From: an uncultured Lachnospiraceae bacterium
GTDB lineage: Bacteria > Bacillota > Clostridia > Lachnospirales > Lachnospiraceae
Assembly: GCA_902760415.1 (NCBI GenBank)
Contig: CACWGK010000003.1
Coordinates: forward strand, 217-64,216
Direction of reading: 5' to 3'
Length of the DNA stretch: 64,000 nucleotides
The position numbers and the translations under genes are program-made. Each line of letters begins with the position of its first letter. The stretch's first letter is position 1. A model generated the notes under the pieces. It worked only from the letters and a program-made list of their open reading frames with translations. It did not search any database and was not told where the DNA came from. Positions 46,378-56,309 of the stretch are shown piece after piece.

Positions 46378-47856
46378 TTGACAATTTATGACTTTTTAAA
46401 TCTTATATCGATTGCTTTATCAAATGTTACCTTTATACTAGCAACATTTATTATACTTCTAGTAGCTTCTTGTTTTCTTGGTCATTATGTGGTTATTACA
46501 AAGAAAATGATAATCGCAACCTGCGGTACTATTCTTTTTACTATTTTGGTTCATGTTGCAGTTGCTATTGTAATGTACAAAATGGACCCGGCGTTAATGA
46601 CTGCTAACGAATTAAGTGAATTAAGTGAAGATACTATTAAAGCTATTAATACACTTAATAGTATATCAAGCAGTGTATTAAATATAGGTGTATTTATTTA
46701 TGCTTTTATTATTTATCTCTTTGCATTTAAGGAAAAGAGGATACGTAGATCATTAGAATCGATAATTATTCTTTGGCTTTATTATGGATATATAAATAAT
46801 ATGGTCCTTAATACCATAATATATATTATGGGTGGAGACTATATGAAGTATACATCATTTTTGGTAGGTCTTCAGGAAGAAGACTATAAGTTTAATACAG
46901 CTCTCTTAACTATTTATATTGGTATATGTTTCGTACTTACTGTTTTTGTTATACTTCTTCTTTACTTTGGATATTACAAGAAGGAAAGATTCTATGTTCT
47001 CAGTATTAAGAGCAGAATATTCTTTGTAGTATGGCTTTGTTCCTTCTATATAGTTCCGAGTATTCCATTTCGTGAAGATTTAAGTGAAAGCCATGAATTA
47101 CTTTGCAGAGTATTTGGAGTCATAATTCCAATCCTCGGATTTATTGCTCCATCGTTACTTGTTCTTACTGCTGCTGAAAAATCCCTTAAGGAAAAAAATG
47201 AATATCAGGAAACCTATCTTACGGCAGAGCTTGAATATATAGAACAATATAAGAGGTCTCAGACGGAAACAAGAGCCTTTAGACATGATATAATCAATAA
47301 TCTTTCGCTCACAAGTATGATGCTTGAAGAAGGACGAATTGAGGAGGCGGGAGATCATCTTAAGTCGCTTCTCGGAAATGTAAGATCTCTTTCACCTACT
47401 TATATAACTGGTGATGAGATGCTAGATTGTATAGTTGCGATGAAGGCAGATAAGATGAAGGAAATGGAGATTTCCTTTGCGCTCGATGGTGTCATAGATG
47501 GCGGACTAAATCTGAAGCCTATGGATGTATGCAGTATATTTGCAAATGCACTGGATAATGCAATCGAAGCATCTTCTAAGTCACAGACAGAAGATAGCTC
47601 TGATTCTGCTTGGATTAAGATGGATATAAAACGTACTGAAAAGTTCTTTGTTATAAAGATAGCTAATTCTGCGGCAAAGCAGGTTGATGTTGAGAAACTT
47701 TTCATGTCTGCGGGTTATACATCTAAGAAAGATAAGGAACATCATGGCTTTGGACTTAGAAATATAAGAAAGGCAGTGGAGGATTATGACGGTCTTGTAA
47801 AGGCTGAGTCGGATGAATCATCCTTTGCCCTATCTATAATGATTCCACGTAAATAG
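46378..47856 (+). CDS. AgrC/HPK10-type GHKL sensor histidine kinase
   Basis: About 6-7 TM helices, H-box FRHDIINNL, N-box FANALDNAIEA and G-box HGFGLRNI. TTG start. Confidence 0.8.
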   Translation: MTIYDFLNLISIALSNVTFILATFIILLVASCFLGHYVVITKKMIIATCGTILFTILVHVAVAIVMYKMDPALMTANELSELSEDTIKAINTLNSISSSVLNIGVFIYAFIIYLFAFKEKRIRRSLESIIILWLYYGYINNMVLNTIIYIMGGDYMKYTSFLVGLQEEDYKFNTALLTIYIGICFVLTVFVILLLYFGYYKKERFYVLSIKSRIFFVVWLCSFYIVPSIPFREDLSESHELLCRVFGVIIPILGFIAPSLLVLTAAEKSLKEKNEYQETYLTAELEYIEQYKRSQTETRAFRHDIINNLSLTSMMLEEGRIEEAGDHLKSLLGNVRSLSPTYITGDEMLDCIVAMKADKMKEMEISFALDGVIDGGLNLKPMDVCSIFANALDNAIEASSKSQTEDSSDSAWIKMDIKRTEKFFVIKIANSAAKQVDVEKLFMSAGYTSKKDKEHHGFGLRNIRKAVEDYDGLVKAESDESSFALSIMIPRK

Positions 47857-47858
47857 TA

Positions 47859-47880
47859 TCCCTGAAGGATTCAGGGTTTT
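47859..47880 (+). terminator. Short hairpin terminator directly abutting the ATPase RBS
   Basis: CCCTGAA-gga-TTCAGGG followed by TTTTT. The RBS AGAAGGAGAGG starts at 47881. Confidence 0.6.
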
Positions 47881-47894
47881 TAGAAGGAGAGGAA

Positions 47895-50630
47895 ATGAAA
47901 TATTATCTTGAATCATTTGAAAATGTTCTAAAGGAGAAAGAGTCTACTGAGACTGGTCTTAAAAAGGCAGAGGTAGAAAGCCGTCTCGAGAAGTTTGGCC
48001 CAAATAAACTGGTCGAGAAGGAAAAGGAGAGCATTATAAAGAAGTTCGTTAAGGAAATCTGCGAACCGATGACGATTGTTCTAATCATTGCAGCTATAAT
48101 ATCTGCTGTAACAGCAGTGTTCTCTCATGAGGGATTTGCAGATGTATTTATTATACTTACAGTCGTTATAGTAAATGCTATCTTAGGCGTATATCAGGAG
48201 TCTAAAGCAGAGTCAGCTATAGCGGCTCTCCAGGAGATAGCAGCTGCACAGTCTAAGGTTATCCGTGATGGAGAAGTTATGGTTATCCCTTCGGCAGACC
48301 TTGTTCCTGGTGATATCATTTCTCTAGAAGCGGGTGATGCTGTGCCAGCGGACGCTCGTATCATAGAAGCAGCGTCTCTTAAGGTTGAAGAGGCAGCGCT
48401 TACTGGTGAGTCAGTTCCATCGGAGAAGACTGCAGATGTTCTGGACTTGGGAGGTGGAACAGATATTCCTCTTGGAGATAGAGCTAATATGATCTACATG
48501 GGGTCATCAGTTCAGTACGGTCGTTGTAAGGCTGTAGTAGTTGGAACTGGTATGGATACGGAAATGGGTAAAATCGCCGATCAGTTATCACAAGCAGCTG
48601 ATGATGAAACCCCACTTCAGATAAAGCTTACAGAGCTTTCTAAGATCCTTTCTGTTATGGTACTTGTTATCTGTGCCATAATCTTTGCTATAAATATCGT
48701 AAGAAATCTTGTTACAGGCGCAGGCCTTGGTGGAGAATTCTTTATTAATACATTTATGATTGCAATATCTCTTGCGGTTGCAGCTATACCAGAAGGACTA
48801 GCTGCTGTAGTTACAGTTCTTCTCTCGATCGGTGTAACACATATGTCAAAGAATCATGCAATCATCAGACGTCTTACAGCTGTTGAGACTCTTGGATGTA
48901 CGCAGATCATCTGTTCAGATAAGACAGGAACTCTTACACAGAACAAGATGACAGTTGTTGAGCATGTAACTATAACAGACGGAGAAGTAGAGGTTGATAA
49001 GGATGAGGCGGGGAGTCTTCTTCCAGATGATAATCTGTCAGCCGATGGTAAGAAACTGATACTTGGTATGGCTCTTTGCTCAGATGCTGAGTGGGAGACA
49101 GACAAGGCGGTAGGAGAGGCTACAGAATGTGCGCTTGTTACAGATGCAGCGAAGAATGCTATGCCTAAGGCTGAACTTAAGGAGAAATATTCGAGAGTTG
49201 GAGAAGCTCCTTTTGATTCTCTTAGAAAAATGATGACAACAATCCATAAGGACACGGAAGGAGGATATATTCAGTTTACAAAGGGTGCGCCTGACTGTGT
49301 ACTGGATGCATGCACTAAGTATCTTATGGATGGCGAGATACATGAGCTTACTCCTGAAGTTCTCAAGAAGATACAGCTTTCCAATAAAGGAATGGCTGAC
49401 AGAGCTCTCCGTGTACTTGCACTTGGTTTTAAGAAGATGGATAAGGTTCCATCAGACCTTTCACCAGAGCTTATAGAAAATGACCTTATATATGTTGGCC
49501 TCTGCGGAATGATCGATCCTATTCGTCCTGAGGTTAAGGTTGCTATAGGAGAGTGTCGTAAGGCTGGTATCCGCCCGGTTATGATAACTGGTGATCACCG
49601 TGACACAGCTGTTGCTATAGCTAAGGAGCTTGGAATCTTAGACGGTGTAGATGAAAATGGACAGTCTACTACATATGAAGCAATCACTGGTTCTGAGCTT
49701 GAGGAATTATCAGATGAATACTTTATGGAACATGTTGGAGATTATTCAGTATATGCCCGTGTTCAGCCTGAACATAAGGTACGTATCGTAAATGCCTGGA
49801 AAGCTAAGGATAAGGTAACAGCCATGACAGGAGACGGTGTAAATGATGCACCTTCCATTAAGTCGGCTGATATCGGTGTAGGTATGGGTATAACTGGTAC
49901 TGATGTAACTAAGAACGTTGCAGATATGATACTTACTGATGATAACTTCGCTACTATAGTTGCTGCTGTAGCTGAAGGTCGTAGAATCTATGATAACATT
50001 CGTAAGGCTATACAGTTCCTGCTTTCTTCAAACCTTGCAGAGGTTATAGCTATATTTATAGCAACTATCATGAACTTTACTATACTTAAGCCTGCACACC
50101 TGCTGTGGATTAATCTGATCACAGACTGTTTCCCAGCTATCGGACTTGGTATGGAAGAGGCTGAACCTGACACTATGACACAGGAACCACGTAAGAAGAC
50201 AGATGGTATCTTCTCAGGTGGACTGGGAGTAGATGTAGTTCTTCAGGGTGCTGTTATAGCTATACTTACAGTTGTATCTTATGCGGTAGGACATTATATG
50301 GAGAGTGGAAGCTGGGTTATAGAGACATCTTCTGATGGTATGACTATGGCATTCCTTACACTTTCACTTATGGAAGTATTCCACAGCTTTAATATGCGTT
50401 CCAGAAGAGCATCTCTCTTTAGCCTTAAGAAGCAGAATAAGACTCTGTGGGCTACACTTTGCTTCTCACTGGTGCTTACAGTAGTGATCCTATATGTACC
50501 AGCGTTAAGGAATATATTCTCATTTAGCTTTATAGATGCAAAAGAGTTTGGAATAGCTGTAGGTATTGCAATCCTTATAATTCCTATAGTTGAGATAGCT
50601 AAGCTGATACAGAGGGCGGCTGGAAAGTAG
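47895..50630 (+). CDS. P-type ATPase, Ca2+-transporting (P2A/PMCA-SERCA-like)
   Basis: CSDKTGTLTQNKM phosphorylation site, TGES, MITGDHRDTA, TGDGVNDAPS, and the Ca-site context IPEGL in TM4. Confidence 0.9.
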   Translation: MKYYLESFENVLKEKESTETGLKKAEVESRLEKFGPNKLVEKEKESIIKKFVKEICEPMTIVLIIAAIISAVTAVFSHEGFADVFIILTVVIVNAILGVYQESKAESAIAALQEIAAAQSKVIRDGEVMVIPSADLVPGDIISLEAGDAVPADARIIEAASLKVEEAALTGESVPSEKTADVLDLGGGTDIPLGDRANMIYMGSSVQYGRCKAVVVGTGMDTEMGKIADQLSQAADDETPLQIKLTELSKILSVMVLVICAIIFAINIVRNLVTGAGLGGEFFINTFMIAISLAVAAIPEGLAAVVTVLLSIGVTHMSKNHAIIRRLTAVETLGCTQIICSDKTGTLTQNKMTVVEHVTITDGEVEVDKDEAGSLLPDDNLSADGKKLILGMALCSDAEWETDKAVGEATECALVTDAAKNAMPKAELKEKYSRVGEAPFDSLRKMMTTIHKDTEGGYIQFTKGAPDCVLDACTKYLMDGEIHELTPEVLKKIQLSNKGMADRALRVLALGFKKMDKVPSDLSPELIENDLIYVGLCGMIDPIRPEVKVAIGECRKAGIRPVMITGDHRDTAVAIAKELGILDGVDENGQSTTYEAITGSELEELSDEYFMEHVGDYSVYARVQPEHKVRIVNAWKAKDKVTAMTGDGVNDAPSIKSADIGVGMGITGTDVTKNVADMILTDDNFATIVAAVAEGRRIYDNIRKAIQFLLSSNLAEVIAIFIATIMNFTILKPAHLLWINLITDCFPAIGLGMEEAEPDTMTQEPRKKTDGIFSGGLGVDVVLQGAVIAILTVVSYAVGHYMESGSWVIETSSDGMTMAFLTLSLMEVFHSFNMRSRRASLFSLKKQNKTLWATLCFSLVLTVVILYVPALRNIFSFSFIDAKEFGIAVGIAILIIPIVEIAKLIQRAAGK

Positions 50631-50776
50631 CTGTAATGATAGCTTAAGCATTATTATTTTAGAAATATTATTCATTAAGATAACATTAAGGAAGAGCGAT
50701 TCTTATGATAAGGTTGGTTTGTTAAGATGTGCACATAACAAAAACAAACATTTTGTTAAAAGGAAGGAAGAAAGTT

Positions 50777-51640
50777 ATGTGGACAAGAAAAGAATTAAAG
50801 GCGAGGGCTAAGGCTTCATTTAAGAGGTCGTACTGGAAATGCGTTTTAGTTGCATTTATCCTGACACTTATAGGAGGAGCTGCTAGCGGAGGTTCAAGTG
50901 GATTTTCAAGTTGTATGAACACGATTTTCAATAATCATCATGAGGCTACGGAAACAATTGATGAAGATACAGATGAGCTTTATGACGAAGTCACAGAGGG
51001 TGATACTACTGAAGATCCTTACTATGTGGATCCGGAATCGGATATAACAGTTAACTATGACAGTGAAAATGGCGTATATGTTGTTAATGGAGAAGCATTA
51101 TCAGACAAAGATACAGCAATGGCAGGACTTGTATTTGTGATAGTATTTATGGTTGTTATGACTATAATTATGGCAATTGCGATAGTATTTGATATCTTTA
51201 TTATAAATCCGCTTATTCTTGGATGTAATAGATATTTCTATAAGAATCTTGATGAAGATGGTAATATCTCAAATGTTGTATATGCTTTTGAACATGGATA
51301 TAAGAAGATTGTTAAAGCTATGTTTATGAGAGACCTGTTTATCGTACTTTGGTCATTTCTCCTCATTATTCCTGGTATTGTTAAGTCATATGAGTATCGT
51401 CTGGTACCATATATCATGTCAGAAGATCCAGAGCTTGACTACAAAGAAGCACTTGCTCAGAGTAAGGCTCTTATGAAGGGGCAGAAGTGGAGAACATTCG
51501 TACTTGATCTTTCATTCATCGGTTGGGAAATCCTTTCAGCATTTACATGTGGAATCCTTTCACTATTCTTTGTAACACCTTATAGATGCTCAACAGAAGC
51601 AGCACTTTATGAGGCACTTAGATATGGAAATGCAGAGTAA
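50777..51640 (+). CDS. DUF975 family membrane protein
   Basis: MWTRKELKARAKASFKRSYWKCVLVAFI is the typical DUF975 N-terminus. RBS AAGGAAGGAAG precedes ATG 50777; the track ORF starts at 50729. Confidence 0.7.
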   Translation: MWTRKELKARAKASFKRSYWKCVLVAFILTLIGGAASGGSSGFSSCMNTIFNNHHEATETIDEDTDELYDEVTEGDTTEDPYYVDPESDITVNYDSENGVYVVNGEALSDKDTAMAGLVFVIVFMVVMTIIMAIAIVFDIFIINPLILGCNRYFYKNLDEDGNISNVVYAFEHGYKKIVKAMFMRDLFIVLWSFLLIIPGIVKSYEYRLVPYIMSEDPELDYKEALAQSKALMKGQKWRTFVLDLSFIGWEILSAFTCGILSLFFVTPYRCSTEAALYEALRYGNAE

Positions 51641-51755
51641 AGGTTTTTACAAAGCTTGAGAAAAAAAGTTTATAAAACGCTCAGGATAGATAAGTTATAT
51701 TGGACTCATAACTTTCTATCCTGGGCGAATAGTATGTTAGGGAGATAAGATTATT

Positions 51756-52454
51756 ATGGGATATAAGATATTAATAGCTGATGATGAGGCGGAGATCAGA
51801 AGTCTGCTGGGACTGTACCTTGAAAATGATGGATATACTATAGTTGAAGCAAAGGACGGCGCTGAGGCAGTTATAAAGTTTAGGGAAGAAAAACCAGATA
51901 TGTGTGTTCTGGATATTATGATGCCGGAAATGGATGGCTATCATGTACTTAAGATAATTAGAGAAGAGAGCAATGTGCCGGTTGTTTTCTTATCTGCAAA
52001 GGATGCGGATTCGGAGAAGATACTAGGACTTAATCTTGGAGCGGATGATTATATAGCAAAGCCATTTAATCCATTAGAGGCAGTTGCAAGAATTAATTCC
52101 AATATTAGACGTTTCTATAGTCTTGGTACTAAGGGTTCTGAGTCACCTGAGATAAAGCAGGATAAGATTCAGGTACGAGATCTTATACTTGATCCTGAAT
52201 CATGTTCACTTGCGAAGGATGGCCAGGTTATAGAGCTTACTTCTATAGAATATAAGATAATGGAACTCTTTATGACACATCCTGGAAAGGTGTTCACAAA
52301 GCAGCAGATATATGAGTACGGATGGGGAGAAGAGTTTTTCATTGCAGATAATAACATAATGGTCTGCATCAGTAAGCTTCGAGCAAAGCTTTCAGAAGAC
52401 CCTTCTCAGTACATTAAGACACTTAGAGGACTTGGATATAGATTAGATAAGTAA
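51756..52454 (+). CDS. OmpR-family response regulator
   Basis: Receiver (ILIADDE...VLDIMMPEMDG...KPF) plus a winged-helix trans_reg_C domain (IKTLRGLGYRL). Confidence 0.9.
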   Translation: MGYKILIADDEAEIRSLLGLYLENDGYTIVEAKDGAEAVIKFREEKPDMCVLDIMMPEMDGYHVLKIIREESNVPVVFLSAKDADSEKILGLNLGADDYIAKPFNPLEAVARINSNIRRFYSLGTKGSESPEIKQDKIQVRDLILDPESCSLAKDGQVIELTSIEYKIMELFMTHPGKVFTKQQIYEYGWGEEFFIADNNIMVCISKLRAKLSEDPSQYIKTLRGLGYRLDK

Positions 52455-52475
52455 GCGGATAGGCGAGTTTGATAC

Positions 52476-53669
52476 ATGAATAAGTATAGAGAGTTACAGA
52501 TTTATTTAATAAGAAGATTCCTTCTGCTGATGATTATGGTCAGCGCTATGGAATATGGAATAGTAAGGCTTCTTAGTCATACGATATTACCATTTATATT
52601 AAATGTTTTTTTTGATGGTGCATCTCTAAATTATTTAGAGAATCTTGGATTTGGAATTACAGCGATATGCATGTTTATAGCAATTCTCTTTACGCTTATT
52701 ATTTTTATACTTCCTGATAGTTTGAGAACTCCATTTAATAGTGCTGTTGATTACATTAGTAGAAGAATTAGTATCACGACTAGGGGCGGTCAGAGTCTTC
52801 TGCCGAAGCTCGATCCTAATGATCTTTTACTTCTATTGGTTCTTATAATTGCAGTTCTTATATGCATGATTATACCTTATGTGTTAGGTGCAATAGTTTA
52901 TTCTCATATAGTTGTAAGAGAACTTCATAAGATTGAAGAAGAAGAAATGGAGCTTCATAAGGAGTATGATCAGAAGAGAAATCTTATGCTATCTGATATA
53001 GCTCATGATCTAAGAACGCCTATGACAACTGTCTCGGGTTATTCTAAGGCTCTTACTGACAATATGGTACCTGATAGTAAGAAGGAAGAGTATCTGGAGG
53101 CTATACAGAGAAAGAGTAAGAGAGTAAATGATCTGATAACGCTGCTTTTTGACTATGTTAAGCTTGATACTGAAGGCTTCAAGCTGATGAAGCAGGAGGT
53201 TGATTTAGCGGAGCTGGTCCGCGAAGCAGGTGCATTTGTTTACCAGGATGTAGAAGATGCTGATATGACATTTGATGCAGATATTGTAGAAGAGAGGGTT
53301 CCAGTACAGCTGGACCGACTTCAGATGTCCAGAGTTATAACGAATCTTCTTACAAATGCTATCAAACATAATAAAGCTGGCACCCGTGTTGGACTCTTCT
53401 TATATCAGGAAGATGATTATATCAGAATACTTGTAGCTGATAGCGGCGATAAGATTGATAAGGAAAATGCTGAACATATCTTCGAACCTTTTGTTATGGG
53501 GGATGAATCGAGAAGTTCCAAGGGTGGAACGGGTCTAGGCCTATCCATAGCTAAGAAGGTTGTGGAGATGCACGGATTTACTATACGTCTTGTTCAGGGA
53601 AGCAGGCTTGCAAAATATAAGTTTGTGGGTGACTACGAGAAGGCATTTATCATATCTATTAAAAAGTAA
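52476..53669 (+). CDS. Sensor histidine kinase (HisKA + HATPase_c)
   Basis: Two to three TM segments, H-box LSDIAHDLRTPMT, N-box NLLTNAIKHN and G-boxes DSGDKI / GGTGLGLSIAKK. Confidence 0.9.
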   Translation: MNKYRELQIYLIRRFLLLMIMVSAMEYGIVRLLSHTILPFILNVFFDGASLNYLENLGFGITAICMFIAILFTLIIFILPDSLRTPFNSAVDYISRRISITTRGGQSLLPKLDPNDLLLLLVLIIAVLICMIIPYVLGAIVYSHIVVRELHKIEEEEMELHKEYDQKRNLMLSDIAHDLRTPMTTVSGYSKALTDNMVPDSKKEEYLEAIQRKSKRVNDLITLLFDYVKLDTEGFKLMKQEVDLAELVREAGAFVYQDVEDADMTFDADIVEERVPVQLDRLQMSRVITNLLTNAIKHNKAGTRVGLFLYQEDDYIRILVADSGDKIDKENAEHIFEPFVMGDESRSSKGGTGLGLSIAKKVVEMHGFTIRLVQGSRLAKYKFVGDYEKAFIISIKK

Positions 53670-53686
53670 TCTCATGATAAAAATGC

Positions 53687-53714
53687 TTGTCGAAAAGCAT
53701 GGTTATGATATAAT
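53687..53714 (+). promoter_or_regulatory. Candidate promoter of the Na/Pi transporter gene
   Basis: TTGTCG, a 16-nt spacer ending in TGa, then TATAAT (53709-53714). Confidence 0.45.
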
Positions 53715-53756
53715 TAGTGACGGACTCTCAATTTTTGTTAGAAGGACGATACGGAA

Positions 53757-55802
53757 TTGATAAATGTATTAGAATTATTTGGAGGAATCGGCCTCTTCCT
53801 TTTCGGAATGAATCTTATGGGTTCGTCACTTAAGAAGCTGGCTGGTTCTGGACTAGAGAAGATACTCGCGACGCTCACAACGAGTAAGCGTAAAGGAGTC
53901 GGAGCCATAAAAGGCTGGGGACTCGGACTTGGCGTTACCGGAATTATTCAGAGTTCTGCCGCTACGACTATTATGCTGATAGGTTTTGTTAATGCAGGAA
54001 TTATGACCCTTGCTCAGGCAATTCCTGTTGTATATGGTTCGAATGTAGGTAGTACCGTTACAGCTCAGATCTTAAGACTGGGTGATCTTGGTTCGGGAAA
54101 TCTTGTACTTAAGCTGCTCAAGCCATCGTCTTTTGCTCCGATGCTTGTGGCAGTTGGTACATTTACATATCTTTTTACTAGAAAGCAAAAACTAAGGGAT
54201 ATTTGTGGTATCCTGGTTGGTCTTGGAACACTTTTCTATGGAATGACTATGATGGAGGAAGTCTTTGCTCCTCTTAAAGAGTCTGAAGCATTCCAGAACT
54301 TTTTTACATCTTTTAGCAATCCAATAATTGGTATACTTACTGGACTTATTCTTACTGCAATCATTCAAAGCTCCAGTGCTTCAGTTGGTATACTTCAGGC
54401 ACTTTCAGCAACTGGAAGTATCACTTATGGTATTGCGATTCCACTCATCATTGGTCAGAATATTGGTAAATGTATGACTATCCTTATTGGTAGTATTGGC
54501 GCTAACAAGAAGGCTAAGCGTGTTGCACTTAGTTATCTTCTTTTTAACATTATCGGTGCCATCGTCATTTCACTGATCATCTATGCACTGTACTATACGA
54601 TAGGACTTCCTTTCTTCGATAAGGTAGTAAATCGTGGTAATATAGCAAATATTCATCTTGGATTTAACCTTATAATCAGTGTGGTTCTGCTTCCTTTCTC
54701 TAAGCAGATGTCTAATCTCACTGGTAAGCTTCTTAGGGATTCTGATGAGGTTTATGGTGATGAGGAGCTGAGACATCTTGATGATATGCTTCTTAAGACG
54801 CCTGGTATCGCGCTGATGCAGTGTAAGAACCTTATGAAGGTTATGGCTGAGAAGATAGAAGAAAATTATGACCTCGCTATAGGTCTCTTCCAGAATTATG
54901 ATAAGGCTGTATTTAATACTCTCTTAGAAAATGAGAACTTTATAGATAGATGTGAGACGGCGCTATCTTCATATATTGTAAAGATTGAGAGAAAGCGTCT
55001 GACTATAGATAATCAAAGTATGCTGATCGCTATGCTGAATACAATAGGCGATTATGAGCGTATCGGTGACTATTCGATGAAGATTGCCTATACGGCTGAA
55101 GAGTGTCACGATGAGAAGATAACATTTTCAGCTAAAGGTAAGAGAGAGCTGGATATCATCTCTGAGGCTGTGCATAATATCCTGAATATGACATTTGATG
55201 CGGCAGATAATGAGGATATGAATGAGGCTATAAGGATTCAGCCTCTTGCTAAGACTGTCAGCGATATGAAGAGACTTCTGGAGTCTCATCATATAGAGCG
55301 TCTGCAGGATGGTGACTGCGGCGTTAGTGGTGGTACAAAGCTTTATGATCTTGCAAATAGCTTCCAGAAGATTGCAAATCATGCTAAGAGTATATCTCGA
55401 AATATCATCACAAGACTTACAAGAGATGTGAATCTGGATGCAAAGCACGGAAAGCTGCTGGATAAGAGCAGTGAAGAGTATCTATCTCTTGAAAGCTACT
55501 ATCGTACTAAGTATATAGATCCTATGCTAAATGGTGACATAGCCGGAACTTCTGCTATAGATGATGGTGATACAGAAGCTGAATCTTCTGATGTAAGCTA
55601 CACGACTTCAGATTCAAAGAAGGATTCTAAAGCAGCTAAGAAAGAAGGAAGGGACAGCAAGAAGGAAGCTGGAAAGAAGGCTAAGGACAGTAAGAAGGAG
55701 GCCGGAAAGAAGGCTAAGGAAGAAAAGAAAGAAGCAAAGGACAGCAAGAAGGAAGCTGGAAAGAAAGCTAAGGACGGCAAGAAGGATAAGAAAGATAGCT
55801 AA
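53757..55802 (+). CDS. Na/Pi cotransporter family protein with PhoU-like domains and Lys-rich repeat tail
   Basis: N-terminus LELFGGIGLFLFGMNLMGSSLKKLAG and the second repeat TAIIQSSSASVGILQAL are typical of NptA-family proteins. The cytoplasmic half has PhoU-like helices (IGDYERIGDYS, ANHAKSISRNI). TTG start. Confidence 0.85.
   Translation: MINVLELFGGIGLFLFGMNLMGSSLKKLAGSGLEKILATLTTSKRKGVGAIKGWGLGLGVTGIIQSSAATTIMLIGFVNAGIMTLAQAIPVVYGSNVGSTVTAQILRLGDLGSGNLVLKLLKPSSFAPMLVAVGTFTYLFTRKQKLRDICGILVGLGTLFYGMTMMEEVFAPLKESEAFQNFFTSFSNPIIGILTGLILTAIIQSSSASVGILQALSATGSITYGIAIPLIIGQNIGKCMTILIGSIGANKKAKRVALSYLLFNIIGAIVISLIIYALYYTIGLPFFDKVVNRGNIANIHLGFNLIISVVLLPFSKQMSNLTGKLLRDSDEVYGDEELRHLDDMLLKTPGIALMQCKNLMKVMAEKIEENYDLAIGLFQNYDKAVFNTLLENENFIDRCETALSSYIVKIERKRLTIDNQSMLIAMLNTIGDYERIGDYSMKIAYTAEECHDEKITFSAKGKRELDIISEAVHNILNMTFDAADNEDMNEAIRIQPLAKTVSDMKRLLESHHIERLQDGDCGVSGGTKLYDLANSFQKIANHAKSISRNIITRLTRDVNLDAKHGKLLDKSSEEYLSLESYYRTKYIDPMLNGDIAGTSAIDDGDTEAESSDVSYTTSDSKKDSKAAKKEGRDSKKEAGKKAKDSKKEAGKKAKEEKKEAKDSKKEAGKKAKDGKKDKKDS
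55653..55799 (+). repeat. Coding 33-nt tandem repeat (DSKKEAGKKAK units)
   Basis: GACAGCAAGAAGGAAGCTGGAAAGAAGGCTAAG at 55653 and 55686, then again at 55740 after a 21-nt spacer, with partial units flanking. Confidence 0.9.
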
Positions 55803-55822
55803 TCAGTGGGAGGACTTGTTTG

Positions 55823-56071
55823 ATGGGTGAGACTAGACCTGCAGTTATATCTATAATAGTTGAGAAGAGTGAGTCTGTAGAAGCACTAAATGCACTTCTT
55901 CATGAATATGCTGAATATATAGTTGGACGTATGGGTATTCCTTATCGTAAGAAGGGAATAAGTATGATAAGTATAGCTCTTGATGCGGAGCAGGATGTTA
56001 TAAATACGCTTGCGGGAAAGCTTGGCAGAATCGAGGGAGTTACTGCTAAGGCTGTATATTCAAATCACTAG
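55823..56071 (+). CDS. TM1266-family iron-only hydrogenase system regulator (small ACT-like protein)
   Basis: 82 aa. AVISIIVEKSESVEALNALLHEYAEYIVGRMGIPYRKKGISMISIALDAEQDVINTLAGKLGRIEGVTAKAVY matches my recollection of this family, which is encoded next to hydE/F/G. GGGAGG RBS lies 9 nt upstream. Confidence 0.7.
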   Translation: MGETRPAVISIIVEKSESVEALNALLHEYAEYIVGRMGIPYRKKGISMISIALDAEQDVINTLAGKLGRIEGVTAKAVYSNH

Positions 56072-56277
56072 ACTTATGATTTTATAAATTAAAAATTGTT
56101 AGATTATATTACCTTAAATTAGTGATGTCTTTCTGAAAGATATCATTTATAATATGAATGCAAATTAAATCTTTTTTAGCCAACCTGACATCGAAACCGG
56201 AGCGGGGACGTTCTGCTTGAGATAGAAGCACGTGGAAATCAGTTTAAAGCCATTCGTGGTGATATTAAGTTTTTTTC

Positions 56278-56309
56278 GCGCTCTTTCGTTTGTCGGAGGA
56301 GCGCTTTTT
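56278..56309 (+). terminator. Intrinsic terminator inside the hydF leader (candidate attenuator)
   Basis: GCGCTCTTTCG-tttgt-CGGAGGAGCGC (11 bp including 2 G-U pairs) followed by TTTTT. It ends 18 nt before the hydF ATG. Confidence 0.65.
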
